Below, piece by piece: positions 47,468-58,103 of a stretch of 63,353 bases of DNA. A program made the position numbers and the translations under genes. Below the pieces are notes generated by a model. That model was not told where the DNA came from and searched no databases. It worked only from the letters and a program-made list of their open reading frames with translations. The DNA is taken from the IMG/VR virus record IMGVR_UViG_3300012324_000010, one strand, 5' to 3'. How positions within the stretch are numbered: position 1 is the stretch's first letter; every line of letters begins with the position of its first letter. Source of the stretch: a virus. Lineage: Duplodnaviria; Heunggongvirae; Uroviricota; Caudoviricetes.

Positions 47468-48991
47468 TTATCCTCCACATGGTGTTTGAGTAAGAGAAAT
47501 GGTATCTACAGTCCATTCAGGATTAGTGGAAACTGCATCAGGGGTATAGAAGAACACAGAACCCTGAGATCTCTTTTGTCCATCTCCAGAATAGCAGAAA
47601 TCAATCTCAGCTTTAGATTCTTTTTGTGTTCCTCCTGGATAAGTCCATCCGGCCAAAGAGAAAGTATCAACTGTAGCATTATTAGGGAAGTTAGCACCTT
47701 GTGCTGCAAGAATCTTATTGGAAAGTTGCTGAGTGTTCATCTTCATAAGGCTGGAAATATCAGGATCTTTACCAGAAGACTTTACTCCCTCTGCATAAGC
47801 AGCATCTTTTTCTTTGCCCATTTCAGCTTCATTGTAGACAGAATATCCATAGACACATAGCACTGCAAGGGCAATGGTAAGAATAAAAGACCAAATAGAA
47901 GTAATCACTTTGAAAAACTTTTTCTTCCTGGGGATGACAACATAGATCCTAGGAAGCTTCTCCACTTTGCGTCCATTGCTTCTTACCTGTTGTTTGACCT
48001 TATAGTCATCATAGGTATCAAGAATCTTATCAGCATCACGTTGGCTAAGATGAGCTTTTTCTTTTACTTCTTCTAGATCATCAGAAGATGAGATGGTGTC
48101 ATAATCTTTATCTTCTAAGTCTGTAGAGACTTGTGCTTTAGATTTTCTAGAAAACCAAGAATGCTTCTTTTTCTTCTTATCCTTTATGTGAGATGAGTCA
48201 TCTTCTTTGTTGAAATCATTATCATTTTTTACTTTGTCAGAAGAATCATGATTGACATCTTTTTCTTCATCTAGATTGCTAGGTGGAAAGTAGGATTTTT
48301 GGGAAACAGCAGGAAAAGTTGTCTGGTTTGTATCAGTATAGCTGGATTCCTTTTCAGTGCTTTTCTGTGCAGGAGAATGGGAATTGCTGCTGTGTGTTTT
48401 CTTCTTGCTAGAAAAGAAAGAAGATATACCTTGGGTGGAGTCTTTTTTCTTAGCATGCTTTCCACGAGAAGAAGTACGAGATTGTGATGAAGATTCTCTT
48501 TTGTGTGATGAAGATTCATTGCTAGGAGTAATGTTTTCATCCTTCGTTCTTTCAGGATGAGGAGGAGTGTTCTTCTGTGTAATCTTTTCAGGATGAGAAG
48601 GAGTTTTCTTCTGTGCAACCTTTTTACTATGTATATCCCTCTGTGTGCTCTTCTGAGGTCTTGTAGTATCATCTTTAGGGGTTTTCCTAGGAGGAATGCT
48701 AGAAGGCATAGCACTGGGCTTAGGAGCTTTCTGTGGAGCTTTCTGAGCAGAAGATACAGGTGTCTTAGATGAAGGTGTAGATAAGTTGGGGTTGTTTTTT
48801 ACAGGTCTAGAAGAAGGTTTATTATTAGAAATATTTCCCTTCTTATGTGCAGGGTTGGGAGAATTGTGTGCTCTTCGTGCAGCTTGTCTTCTTTGCTGTG
48901 CTAGACGTGATGCACGAGATTGAGCAGATCGAAATGCTTCATCAGGAGACACCATTGGTGCTCTTCCACTACGGTGAAAACTATTAGCCAC
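47468..48991 (-). CDS. Bitopic protein with a long basic disordered N-terminus
   Basis: S/K/P-rich N-terminus, TM at about residue 365-385, small C-terminal domain. Confidence 0.72.
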   Translation of the reverse strand: MANSFHRSGRAPMVSPDEAFRSAQSRASRLAQQRRQAARRAHNSPNPAHKKGNISNNKPSSRPVKNNPNLSTPSSKTPVSSAQKAPQKAPKPSAMPSSIPPRKTPKDDTTRPQKSTQRDIHSKKVAQKKTPSHPEKITQKNTPPHPERTKDENITPSNESSSHKRESSSQSRTSSRGKHAKKKDSTQGISSFFSSKKKTHSSNSHSPAQKSTEKESSYTDTNQTTFPAVSQKSYFPPSNLDEEKDVNHDSSDKVKNDNDFNKEDDSSHIKDKKKKKHSWFSRKSKAQVSTDLEDKDYDTISSSDDLEEVKEKAHLSQRDADKILDTYDDYKVKQQVRSNGRKVEKLPRIYVVIPRKKKFFKVITSIWSFILTIALAVLCVYGYSVYNEAEMGKEKDAAYAEGVKSSGKDPDISSLMKMNTQQLSNKILAAQGANFPNNATVDTFSLAGWTYPGGTQKESKAEIDFCYSGDGQKRSQGSVFFYTPDAVSTNPEWTVDTISLTQTPCGG

Positions 48992-49048
48992 GATATATTG
49001 TCCCTTTTCTTGTATTCTTTAACCTATTAATCATTATCACCATACAGC

Positions 49049-49083
49049 AAAAACCCCTACATAGCAAAAAGCTATATAGGGGT
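49049..49083 (-). terminator. Terminator-like hairpin
   Basis: ACCCCTACATAGC-AAAAA-GCTATATAGGGGT. Confidence 0.6.
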
Positions 49084-49101
49084 GAGATATTTGCCTTTTA
49101 A

Positions 49102-49530
49102 CTATTCAGACAAATAGGTAACAACAGAATCAGACTCCATCATCACAGCCTTGCTTAACGCAAACTTCTCCATGCTTCCACTATGGATAAGGATATCATC
49201 AATATTCCTGGTAGATACTAAACCTACCACTGCTCCAATATTGTATTTCTCACCCTGGGTGGCAATATTGTCCATGTGAATGAAATCATACTTTTCTGGG
49301 TTGTCTTCTTCTACTACATCACAAGCAATAATGGAGTGGGCATCATTGCTCTTTCCTTCAGAACGATGAAGAAGCTCATGGGAAACCCCAGCTAGATCAG
49401 AAGAAATCTCAGCATTAGGATCAACATGACTAATAACTGTCTTAACAACCTTTTCTACTTCTTCTTTATTCCCATCTACAACAACTAGCAGTGGGGAAGA
49501 ACCATCAAAGATATCAAAAATTTTATCCAT
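49102..49530 (-). CDS. Small protein resembling an inactivated FtsK-type ATPase core
   Basis: VSHELLHR, SIIACD, NIATQGEKYNIGAVVG occur in FtsK motif order; no Walker A. Confidence 0.5.
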   Translation of the reverse strand: MDKIFDIFDGSSPLLVVVDGNKEEVEKVVKTVISHVDPNAEISSDLAGVSHELLHRSEGKSNDAHSIIACDVVEEDNPEKYDFIHMDNIATQGEKYNIGAVVGLVSTRNIDDILIHSGSMEKFALSKAVMMESDSVVTYLSE

Positions 49531-49623
49531 TGTAATACTCTCGATCTAGTAGGAATGTATATTGTGTATTTTCTTATATTACCACATTATGTGGTGTGTA
49601 TCAAAGAAAGATGCATAAGCATT

Positions 49624-50469
49624 TTAAATCCCATCTAATGGTCTTAATGCTTTATCAAAGAACTTAGATAAAGCTCCACTAAAAGGAAGTCTAGGAAGTT
49701 CTTCTTTGTCTTTTTCTGAACGTTTCCTCCATTCTTTCTTGAGATATTGACTAACCATAGCAACCTGTCCAATGGTAGCTACAGCAGATCCGTGCTTATT
49801 TTCTTGTCCAGCAATCTCATTAGATAGCTCTACAATGTCTTCTACAGGAATGTTTTGTGCAATCTCTCTATTTTCTACATTTCCATTCTCATCTACAGCT
49901 GTGATATAACCCACAGCAGATTTCCCATCAGGAGATATCCTATATGTCAATGTTGAATCTTCAGATGTGGTCATAACAACTTTTTTTACCCCTGTTTTTT
50001 CATCAGTGGTAATATCTGCAGTAGAAATCTTATTTCTATCTACTTGTTCTCCACCCAGTTCATATTCTATGTGTTGGAGTTTTAGTTCTCTTTCTTCTGC
50101 TGGTCCAATAACAGAGACAATATCATCATCTACTGCAATGACAATCTCATTTCCCTGTCTAGACATAGCCACTTGAGCACCTGTGTCATAAGATGTTCCA
50201 TAAAGGGTTTTTCCATCTTTGGAAATATCATCCCATTTTCCACCATCTTCAAAAAAGACGGAGGTAAATTCTACTGGAAGCTCATCAATGAGATCACGAT
50301 CTACTTTTGTTCTCATATCAGCCATAGGATCTAATGCTCTTTTAGCAACATCTTTGTACCTGCTTTTATCTTGAGGTTTGATGTCTTTTTTAAAAACTGG
50401 TCTCCCCAGGGGGTCTTTACCAACTATTCTCCAGCCATCAATATTATTTTTTTTATCTCCACGAGCCAT
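49624..50469 (-). CDS. Hypothetical protein (likely start MARGDK)
   Basis: Long ORF; AAAGGGACA motif upstream of the ATG. Confidence 0.7.
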   Translation of the reverse strand: MARGDKKNNIDGWRIVGKDPLGRPVFKKDIKPQDKSRYKDVAKRALDPMADMRTKVDRDLIDELPVEFTSVFFEDGGKWDDISKDGKTLYGTSYDTGAQVAMSRQGNEIVIAVDDDIVSVIGPAEERELKLQHIEYELGGEQVDRNKISTADITTDEKTGVKKVVMTTSEDSTLTYRISPDGKSAVGYITAVDENGNVENREIAQNIPVEDIVELSNEIAGQENKHGSAVATIGQVAMVSQYLKKEWRKRSEKDKEELPRLPFSGALSKFFDKALRPLDGI

Positions 50470-50535
50470 TTTATATTTATGTCCCTTTTCTATCTTTGTA
50501 CCGTTTTCTCTACGCAATAAAACAATAAGAGAAAA

Positions 50536-51159
50536 CTAGAGCTTAGTATAAGGGAAGAAGTCCTCTACCCTTTTCTTTCTACTTCCTGTTGTCTTGAAAA
50601 TAATATCTATATTCTTTTTTACTTTTTTATATCCAAACAAAGCTGCATACACTAAAGCAGAAAAAGTAATTAAAGTAGGAATGATGAAGAAATACTCCAC
50701 ATCAGGGAAAGCAGCATTCCCCACACCTCCCACAATAAGGGAAAGGATAAGGATAGAGATGACAATCCCCATAGTCTTCATGATCTCTTTTCTTGCTGCA
50801 TGATATCTATCAAGTTCTTCTGATACCTGAGCTTTCCATCTTTTCCACCCTCCCTGTCTTTGAGACAAAAGTTCAATGTATTCATCATATTTTTGAACAC
50901 TATTAGGGCTAATACCACTGGATACTAAAGCAGGGTTTACTACTAAAGAAGCACTATCATTACCATGTGGTGCAGACATGACTTCTGCTAGCTTAATACG
51001 TTTATTGTATAGCTTTCTTGCTACATTCTTCTGCACTTTAATCTCATATTTTGACATTGAATACCCTGGTCTAAAAGGAGGAAGAAAACTTCCTATCCTT
51101 TCAATCATGCTTCCTTGAGATAGCATCTCTTCTGCTTGCTGAGCACTTACTGTTGCCAT
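50536..51159 (-). CDS. Two-TM membrane protein
   Basis: 207 aa, two C-terminal TMs, GAGG RBS. Confidence 0.72.
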   Translation of the reverse strand: MATVSAQQAEEMLSQGSMIERIGSFLPPFRPGYSMSKYEIKVQKNVARKLYNKRIKLAEVMSAPHGNDSASLVVNPALVSSGISPNSVQKYDEYIELLSQRQGGWKRWKAQVSEELDRYHAARKEIMKTMGIVISILILSLIVGGVGNAAFPDVEYFFIIPTLITFSALVYAALFGYKKVKKNIDIIFKTTGSRKKRVEDFFPYTKL

Positions 51160-51186
51160 ATACTTATACCTCTTTTATGTCCCTTT

Positions 51187-51711
51187 TTAAAATCTTCCTA
51201 CTTTGGACAATGCAATGATTTTAGCATCATCCCATTTTCCACTATCAGCAATATATCTAGCATATACCTTAAAGTTGGCCAAGTTATATTCTGGATGCTC
51301 TTTTTTAAACCTCATAAACTGTCTAATGGATACTTCATGAGGTTTAATATCATATTCCTGCGCAATAGAAGATAGCACTTGTGAAAACTTTTCAGCAGTA
51401 GCATCATCTCCTCTCCTATTCCTTCTTGTCATCTCAGAAGAAGGAACAGGAAGAACCTTTTTAGCATTCATCCAGCTTCCAGCATGATCATGAATATCCC
51501 ACCAATGAGGATCTTCTTTTCTTCTATACTTCTCATACTCTTTTCTAGACATGCTTATTACTCCACTGACAGAAGAAGATCTTTCTTTTTGAAGACGTGC
51601 ATAAGCATAAAGCATGGCCATAACAATATCTTGAGAAGTATATTTTTGTCCATCATCATGGATTTTTTCAGAAGAAAGCATATCTTCCCATGCTTTATCT
51701 GTAGTGCTCAT
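51187..51711 (-). CDS. Homing-endonuclease-associated repeat protein (two repeats, no nuclease domain)
   Basis: YTSQDIVMAM ... EYEKY ... AGSWMNAK and a second copy ending SGKWDDAK. Confidence 0.6.
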   Translation of the reverse strand: MSTTDKAWEDMLSSEKIHDDGQKYTSQDIVMAMLYAYARLQKERSSSVSGVISMSRKEYEKYRRKEDPHWWDIHDHAGSWMNAKKVLPVPSSEMTRRNRRGDDATAEKFSQVLSSIAQEYDIKPHEVSIRQFMRFKKEHPEYNLANFKVYARYIADSGKWDDAKIIALSKVGRF

Positions 51712-51805
51712 AGATAAACATACTCCTTTTTATACTAGGAAAATGATATTTTAACCTATTGTAGCATTGATAAAAAAGGAATATATTACAATAGTGCATA
51801 TATAC

Positions 51806-51836
51806 AAAAACACCCCCCTTTTATAAAAAGGAGGTG
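51806..51836 (-). terminator. Terminator-like hairpin
   Basis: CACCCCCCTTTT-AT-AAAAAGGAGGTG followed by a T-run on the minus strand. Confidence 0.55.
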
Positions 51837-51864
51837 CCTTTGCATATAAATAAGATGTTATTGC

Positions 51865-54054
51865 TTAAACAAATAACTGTGCTATCTTATCTAAAAATGA
51901 CATCTTTACTTTTCCTCCAGTGTTTACCTGAGGTCCTTTCACAGAAGCTCCTTGAGACTGAATGGAGTCTTCTTTTATTCTCTGTGGAGAATAGTGTTGG
52001 GAAGGAACCTGGGAATCATCATAACCTCCAGTTACAATTGGTTCAGTTTTCACTGGTGAAGACTTTTCTGAAGGCTGTGTATCTTGGGTATCAAAAGTTT
52101 CTTCAGGTGTGGTGTCAGGAGAAGAATCTACAGGTTCTTCTACAGGTTCTTCTGTATCTACAGGTTCTTCTACAGGAGTCACATCCTGTGTTGGGGTGGA
52201 TGTCTCTGGTGGCAAGGAAGGTTGAGAAATGCTTTCTTCTGGTTGTGATTCATCTTTAACAGTCACTTCAAAAGAGACTGTTTTTGTAGATTTGTCAGGG
52301 TATTCCACTTCCACATCAAAAGACTTCTTATCTCCATCATGAGCATCATGAGGAGGTGTCACTGTAGCCTTTCCAGAATCTTCTTCTATATCAATCTTCC
52401 ATCCTTGAAGATTATCACTATTTTTAAGTTTAAATTGTGTTCCTTTAGGAATGTCTTCATCTCCAGATTGCTCTACCTCCACTGGAACACCAGGTTTGGT
52501 TTCAGCATCAGGGTAAGAAGGTTTGTGCTCATCTGATTCTGAAGTGAATTTTCCATGGAGTTTAAGATCAAAGTCTTTAGCATTGGAATAAGAAACATTC
52601 CACACATACTCTGTAGTTTTTTCTTCAGGGGTAAATTCCACTTCTACATCTGCAGTCTCTCCCGGTGCAATAGAGGTATCAGCTGTAAATGTCTTTCCAT
52701 CTGGTCCAGTGATGTTAGGATTTGACAAACGAGTATTTCCCTCATTTTTCAAAGTGATAATACCTTTTGTTTTCTTCCCACTTTCCATCATTGCAGGGGT
52801 ATCTTTAGTGGTTTCTTTACCATTGATAGTGATTACACCACTAGGTTTTCTTTCTGCTTTAATGGCATTTCCTTCAGCATCAAGAAGACCTTGTACTTTA
52901 ACAGTAGACTGTCCTCCATTTTTAGTATTCTTAGTAGGAGAAACTTCTACTCTGCTTGCTCCATAGTCAGCAGGATCTCCAATATCAACATAGCCAATAT
53001 TGTCAACAAAAACTATTGCAGTAACATCTTCTGGAACATTTGAGACCTCAATGATAAACCCTTTACCATCTTTTTTAACATTGGTCTTTATCTGAGATGC
53101 AAACTTCTTCAACTCTTCTTCACTAAAGGGTTCTTCACCAAAATCTTTTGCAGACTGTGCTCTAGTGGTTACTTTCCATGTGCTAGGATCTGATACATTC
53201 CATGGTGTAAGAGATTCATTGGGAGTAAGTTTTACATATCCTTTTCCACCCTCCATGTTTCGAGGGAAGTTGTGCTGTATCCTAAGAGAGATTCCACCTT
53301 TGTCATTGTCAATGGAAGGAGCAGCCATCCAGTGTCTAAAATATCTCACTGGATATTCAGAAATAGCCTGCTTCCAGGTAAGAGTTGCATTTCCATCTTT
53401 AGTTACAGGGGTGTAACTTGGTGTTTTCTTGTCTTCGGAATATGTCCTGAAATAATATTTAATAGGTTGATTGTTATGAACCTTGGTTTGAGACTCTTCT
53501 TTAGGGTACATACCATCTCCTGAGCCATAAAAAGACTTAGGTGCATAAAAATGAACAGGAACAGAGATCTTACCAGTTACATCATTGACATTATCCAAGC
53601 CAGTAATTCTGATTCCAGAATAAGCTATATTTCCATCTTCCCGCACTTGAGATATTGATTTCACGCGCAAAGTAGGAACCCCATTGTATTTGATCTCATT
53701 ATCTATTTGACCAAAAGATAATCCTCCACCTGAAAGATCTTTTTCATTGGCACCAATGAAAAAATCAACGAATCCACCAGGTTTAAAATCATCTAGAGTA
53801 GCTTCTAGTTTTACTGTCCAACCATCAGTGATAGAAAATCCATTCTTGATTGCATCATAATGGCCATCTAGACGAGAGCCATCTGGTTTATAGATTCCTT
53901 GATAATCAAGAGCAGAAGCTGGAACCAGATCTTTTTGTGTCCCTGATTCCATGGGAGTAGATGGTGTAGTGTCTTCAGCTGCAAAAGCAACATTAGGAGA
54001 CATTGTTGCCAATGCAGATGTTGCAAGAATAGCTGCTATATATTTATTCTTCAT
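51865..54054 (-). CDS. Secreted surface protein with Ig-like and Rib/YPDG-like domains
   Basis: Signal peptide (AFA-AE); ITLKNEGNT..SIAPGET Ig-like; PSY ... VTPP ... VEYPDKST Rib-like; P/E/T stalk; VNTGG tail. Confidence 0.75.
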   Translation of the reverse strand: MKNKYIAAILATSALATMSPNVAFAAEDTTPSTPMESGTQKDLVPASALDYQGIYKPDGSRLDGHYDAIKNGFSITDGWTVKLEATLDDFKPGGFVDFFIGANEKDLSGGGLSFGQIDNEIKYNGVPTLRVKSISQVREDGNIAYSGIRITGLDNVNDVTGKISVPVHFYAPKSFYGSGDGMYPKEESQTKVHNNQPIKYYFRTYSEDKKTPSYTPVTKDGNATLTWKQAISEYPVRYFRHWMAAPSIDNDKGGISLRIQHNFPRNMEGGKGYVKLTPNESLTPWNVSDPSTWKVTTRAQSAKDFGEEPFSEEELKKFASQIKTNVKKDGKGFIIEVSNVPEDVTAIVFVDNIGYVDIGDPADYGASRVEVSPTKNTKNGGQSTVKVQGLLDAEGNAIKAERKPSGVITINGKETTKDTPAMMESGKKTKGIITLKNEGNTRLSNPNITGPDGKTFTADTSIAPGETADVEVEFTPEEKTTEYVWNVSYSNAKDFDLKLHGKFTSESDEHKPSYPDAETKPGVPVEVEQSGDEDIPKGTQFKLKNSDNLQGWKIDIEEDSGKATVTPPHDAHDGDKKSFDVEVEYPDKSTKTVSFEVTVKDESQPEESISQPSLPPETSTPTQDVTPVEEPVDTEEPVEEPVDSSPDTTPEETFDTQDTQPSEKSSPVKTEPIVTGGYDDSQVPSQHYSPQRIKEDSIQSQGASVKGPQVNTGGKVKMSFLDKIAQLFV

Positions 54055-54281
54055 AGTTTTTTGCAATCTTTCTTGTTAAAAAAATCAAACATGTATCTTT
54101 TTCAGTATAAAGAAAACAACACATAGTTTGCACAGGTCAAAACAAGAAAATATTAATACTACAAACAGAAAAGATTCAACCATCATAAACTACCTTCTTA
54201 TTAAGAAACAAGCAAGTAGATTATGAACTATTGCTACTCTATAGCAAACATTTTTCTAGAAGATAAACCAAGAAATATCTA

Positions 54282-55222
54282 TTAAAGAGTAAGCTTCCAG
54301 TTATCTAGAATAGGGTCTACTCCCGAATAGAAATGAATATCTTTTGCAGTATGTACAACAACAATCTTAGCAATGATATCCTCAGCTATTTCACTAAGCT
54401 CCCTATGTGGCCTAGGTTCAGTGCGAAGGTAGTTGGGCAATGCTTTTCTAGCAATAGAATCTAGAGGAAAGTAGCCTGCAGTCACAGTTTCTCTGGTTTT
54501 AACATTCAACCAGTAAAGAGCATCATATGTATCCTTCCAATGCTAGGGGTGTATTTAGAATCTCCTCCTTTTTCATCTAGCTGCTTAAGAAGCTTAGATT
54601 TGATGATATCTACTGACTCTTCATCAAGATGAGAGGAGAATGTCTCAGGGGTAAGATTATTAATAGACTCCTTGCACAACTCAACAAAATCATCAATAGT
54701 ATTAAGATTGAGCTTTTTGGTATATTTAAAATACTCAGACAAAGTAGAAGGAATATTGACATACACCCTATTTTCTTCATCAGCATGAGGAGTCATTGGA
54801 GTCTTTTCTATAGCAACAGGAAAAGTAGCAATATCATATCCATTAACATCAAAAGCTTCTACAATCACATCAGTGATATTCTTTTGTGCATGAGACACCA
54901 AAGACAAACGCACATTATCTAGTGGATTGATACTGTCATCAATGGTTTTAAAAGAGACTTTAGAGTTGTCTACGTTGAGATTGATAATCTTGCTTCCTAG
55001 ATTGTCTAGGAAAGAATATGCAGACTCACCTAAAGATTGAACAAAATCATTGCTGTCTTTTCCTGAAAAATCACTTTCAGCAGAATCAATGAAGCTCAAA
55101 AGATGACCTTGCAAGTTATGCAGATCCTCTTCTTCCAAAATCACATCTAGATTCTTAGGAAGAGAATAAGTGATAGCATGCGAGCAAATAACAGCGAATT
55201 TATGGATATTAATAGTTTCCAT
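54282..55222 (-). pseudogene. Hypothetical gene, probably split by a 1-nt frameshift near 54540
   Basis: ORF from ATG 55222 stops at 54506, while the -1 frame is open from 54542 (HWKDTYDALYWLNVK...) to 54282. Confidence 0.5.
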
Positions 55223-55272
55223 GATAGATAGTTCTCCTTGATATATTCTACCTCTACAAAGCACAAATACCA

Positions 55273-55692
55273 CTAGAAGCAAATAGGATAACTGTCAATA
55301 TTGTTTCCCCTATCCTTAAAATAATCCACAACCATATAATAGATATTATACTGAGTATGCCGCATTAGAGATAAAAACACATTTTCCAATGGATTACAAC
55401 TTCCATATACAGTCTCAAAAGAAATCTTCTTGTTGTTCATATTAGGAGGGATAATATCATAGTCTAGATCATCAAGAAAATACACAACATCTGTGTTAAT
55501 ACGATCAAGAAAAATATCACTATCAGTTATAGTGGGATCATTTTCTATGGATCTAGCTACATTCAACAGTCTCTTCTGCAGAGTGATCAAATCTTCCTTT
55601 TCTAGAATAATATCTAGATTTTCAGGGAGCACTTCAGTAAAAATATCAAAGCAGACAGAGATAAACTCCTTGGTGCTCATGTCATTCATCAT
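55273..55692 (-). CDS. Hypothetical protein, paralog of the N-domain of the downstream gene
   Basis: LPENLDIILEKEDL vs LPKNLDVILEEEDL; NPLENVFLSL vs NPLDNVRLSL. Confidence 0.8.
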   Translation of the reverse strand: MMNDMSTKEFISVCFDIFTEVLPENLDIILEKEDLITLQKRLLNVARSIENDPTITDSDIFLDRINTDVVYFLDDLDYDIIPPNMNNKKISFETVYGSCNPLENVFLSLMRHTQYNIYYMVVDYFKDRGNNIDSYPICF

Positions 55693-55880
55693 TGTTTTCC
55701 TTTGTGTATTGGTTTTACTGGACATATTATCAATGGTAGTGGAAAATAAAATGATAATCAAGTAGTTTCTGCATTTTTTCTTGTCTTTAAAACTTGTGTC
55801 CCTTTGTTGCACATATAAAAAATCCCTCCCCTTCTCAAGAAACTATCTTAAAAAGGGAAAGGATTTTCTCTTATTAAAGA

Positions 55881-58103
55881 CTACTCACTCTTCCAAGAAG
55901 AAGGCTTTCCTCTTTGAGTTACTTTAGGGCGTGGAGTGGGTTGAGCTTTTTTAGAATCTACTAGGAAAGACTTTCCTGCAGAAAACTCTACTACCTGCTT
56001 TTCACCCTTGCGCAAAGGATGAACCATCACACCAAATCCACCTTTACCTTTTACTGGAATATCAGATACTTCTACAACTTTCCATCCATCATCACTGATG
56101 GTAAGGAGACTATCTTCATCACTAGCAGGAGTGGCACCAATGAAGAAATCATCATCTTTAAACTTCATTCCAGCCACACCTTGTCCGGCAATACCTTGGC
56201 CATTAATCTTTGATGGGTCAAGTTTCAAGACTTTACCAGAGGAAGAAAGCATAAGAAGATAACTTCCTTTACCAATCACACCAGCATAAGTGATTTCATC
56301 CACATTAGGGGCAAAGGGAACAGGATCTGAACTCTTTTTTGGAAGACCTTTACCATTGAATAGTTTCAAAGATCCATCCTTAAAGACTGCAAAGGCAGTA
56401 CCTTGAGAAATATCAGTGCCTGTATTAGACAAGAATCCAGAAGAATCAATACCCCAGTGTCCATCAGGCAAAGAAGCAGCAGAAGATGGAGAAGTTCTCT
56501 TCTTCTTTTCAATCTTCTTTCCACTAATAGTGGTAAAGCGAGTAGAAGTCCATTCATCTTTAGAAAAGATATCAATCATATCCTGGGTTTGCTTAAGGAT
56601 GATGTTCTTCTGCTTGACTTTAGAGCCTAAAATAGCTTTATTATCTTTAATAGTTTTAGCTAGCTTCTTAATCTTCTTTTCTAGTTCAACCTCATCTTGT
56701 TTAGTCAAACGCCGCAAAGTCAAAGAAAGAACATAATCAGCCTGTACTTCATCAATGTCAAAGTTATCCATCAAAGACTTCTTAGCCTTAGCAGAGTTAT
56801 CAGAGTTTCTAATAATAGAAACAGCCTTATCAATATCCAGCAAAATCTTAGACATACCCTCTAGAAGATGCTTAGACTTTTCATCTTTATCAATAGCCTG
56901 CGCTGTAATATTCTTTAGCACCTCATAGCGAGAATAAATGAAATCATTGATGACATCTTTCATGCTCATCATGGATAGAACCTTGTCATGATTGAGCACA
57001 TTCATCTTAATAGGGAAAGAAATCTCCAACCCTACACCCAAGCCATAAAGATCTTCTAGAGTATCTTGAGGAGAGAAACCTCTTTTTACACCAATTTCAA
57101 TCTTTGTACCTAGTTTTTTGGAAGATAGCTCTTTGACACCTTTGCATGATGAAATCTTTCCATCAGTAATAGCCTTGTGAATCTTATCAATAACAGAAGT
57201 AGCTGAAACACCATAAGGCATTTCTGTGATAATAATATCACCATTTTCAAACTCAGCTTTAGCCCTTAGCTTGATATTAGCTTCGCCAGTCTCATAATAC
57301 TTCTTAATGAGATCATTTCCATGGGAATCTTTAGAGAGAACAATACCTCCTGTCTTCCAATCAGGACCAGGCATAATCTCCATCATCTCTTCAGTAGAAA
57401 GGGAAGGATCTTTAATCATAGCTTCTACCAACTGCATGACCTCTACAGGGTTATGCTGTGGAATCTTATAGGTGTATCCTACAGAAATTCCATCACCACC
57501 ATTGACAATAAGGTTAGGGAATCTGGTAGGAAGGAACTTAGGCTCTACAGTATCATGATCTTCACTAGTAATCATGGGAACTGCACCATGGACTAGATCT
57601 TCTACCATTGACCAGCCATAAACTGACAAACGCTCATAGGTATAACGCATAGCAGCAGCATCATCACCATAGGTAAGACCAAAGTTACCAGAACCCTCAA
57701 TAAGTCTTACCCTAGACCACAAACGTGCCATATTCACAGAAGCTTGATAGATAGCAGCATCACCGTGTGGGTGAAGCTCAGCCATGGTATCAGCAGTAAG
57801 CTTAGAAGATTTCACAAAAGACTTATCAGGTCGCAAGTTATCTAGGAAACCCTGATACAAAAGCCTACGCTGAACAGGCAAAAGACCATCTAGACAAGAA
57901 GCAAAAGATCTGTTGGAAACAACTTCACCAGAATATTCAAGGAAGTTTTGCATCATTTGATCTTTAGCAGAAATCACTTTGACTGCTTCATCAATAAAGT
58001 TTCCTTTGGTTGCTTTTTTACCCTGTGCAGAAATGCGTGATTTAACCAAATTGGAAACAAGATCTACAGATTGCTGATTCCATTCAGTAAGATTATTTGT
58101 CAT
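55881..58103 (-). CDS. Type IIA topoisomerase subunit A (GyrA/ParC-like, short CTD)
   Basis: DGLLPVQRR, HPHGD, GNFG, AAAMRYT (catalytic Tyr), PQHN, GPDW.TGG; no canonical GyrA-box seen. Confidence 0.93.
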   Translation of the reverse strand: MTNNLTEWNQQSVDLVSNLVKSRISAQGKKATKGNFIDEAVKVISAKDQMMQNFLEYSGEVVSNRSFASCLDGLLPVQRRLLYQGFLDNLRPDKSFVKSSKLTADTMAELHPHGDAAIYQASVNMARLWSRVRLIEGSGNFGLTYGDDAAAMRYTYERLSVYGWSMVEDLVHGAVPMITSEDHDTVEPKFLPTRFPNLIVNGGDGISVGYTYKIPQHNPVEVMQLVEAMIKDPSLSTEEMMEIMPGPDWKTGGIVLSKDSHGNDLIKKYYETGEANIKLRAKAEFENGDIIITEMPYGVSATSVIDKIHKAITDGKISSCKGVKELSSKKLGTKIEIGVKRGFSPQDTLEDLYGLGVGLEISFPIKMNVLNHDKVLSMMSMKDVINDFIYSRYEVLKNITAQAIDKDEKSKHLLEGMSKILLDIDKAVSIIRNSDNSAKAKKSLMDNFDIDEVQADYVLSLTLRRLTKQDEVELEKKIKKLAKTIKDNKAILGSKVKQKNIILKQTQDMIDIFSKDEWTSTRFTTISGKKIEKKKRTSPSSAASLPDGHWGIDSSGFLSNTGTDISQGTAFAVFKDGSLKLFNGKGLPKKSSDPVPFAPNVDEITYAGVIGKGSYLLMLSSSGKVLKLDPSKINGQGIAGQGVAGMKFKDDDFFIGATPASDEDSLLTISDDGWKVVEVSDIPVKGKGGFGVMVHPLRKGEKQVVEFSAGKSFLVDSKKAQPTPRPKVTQRGKPSSWKSE

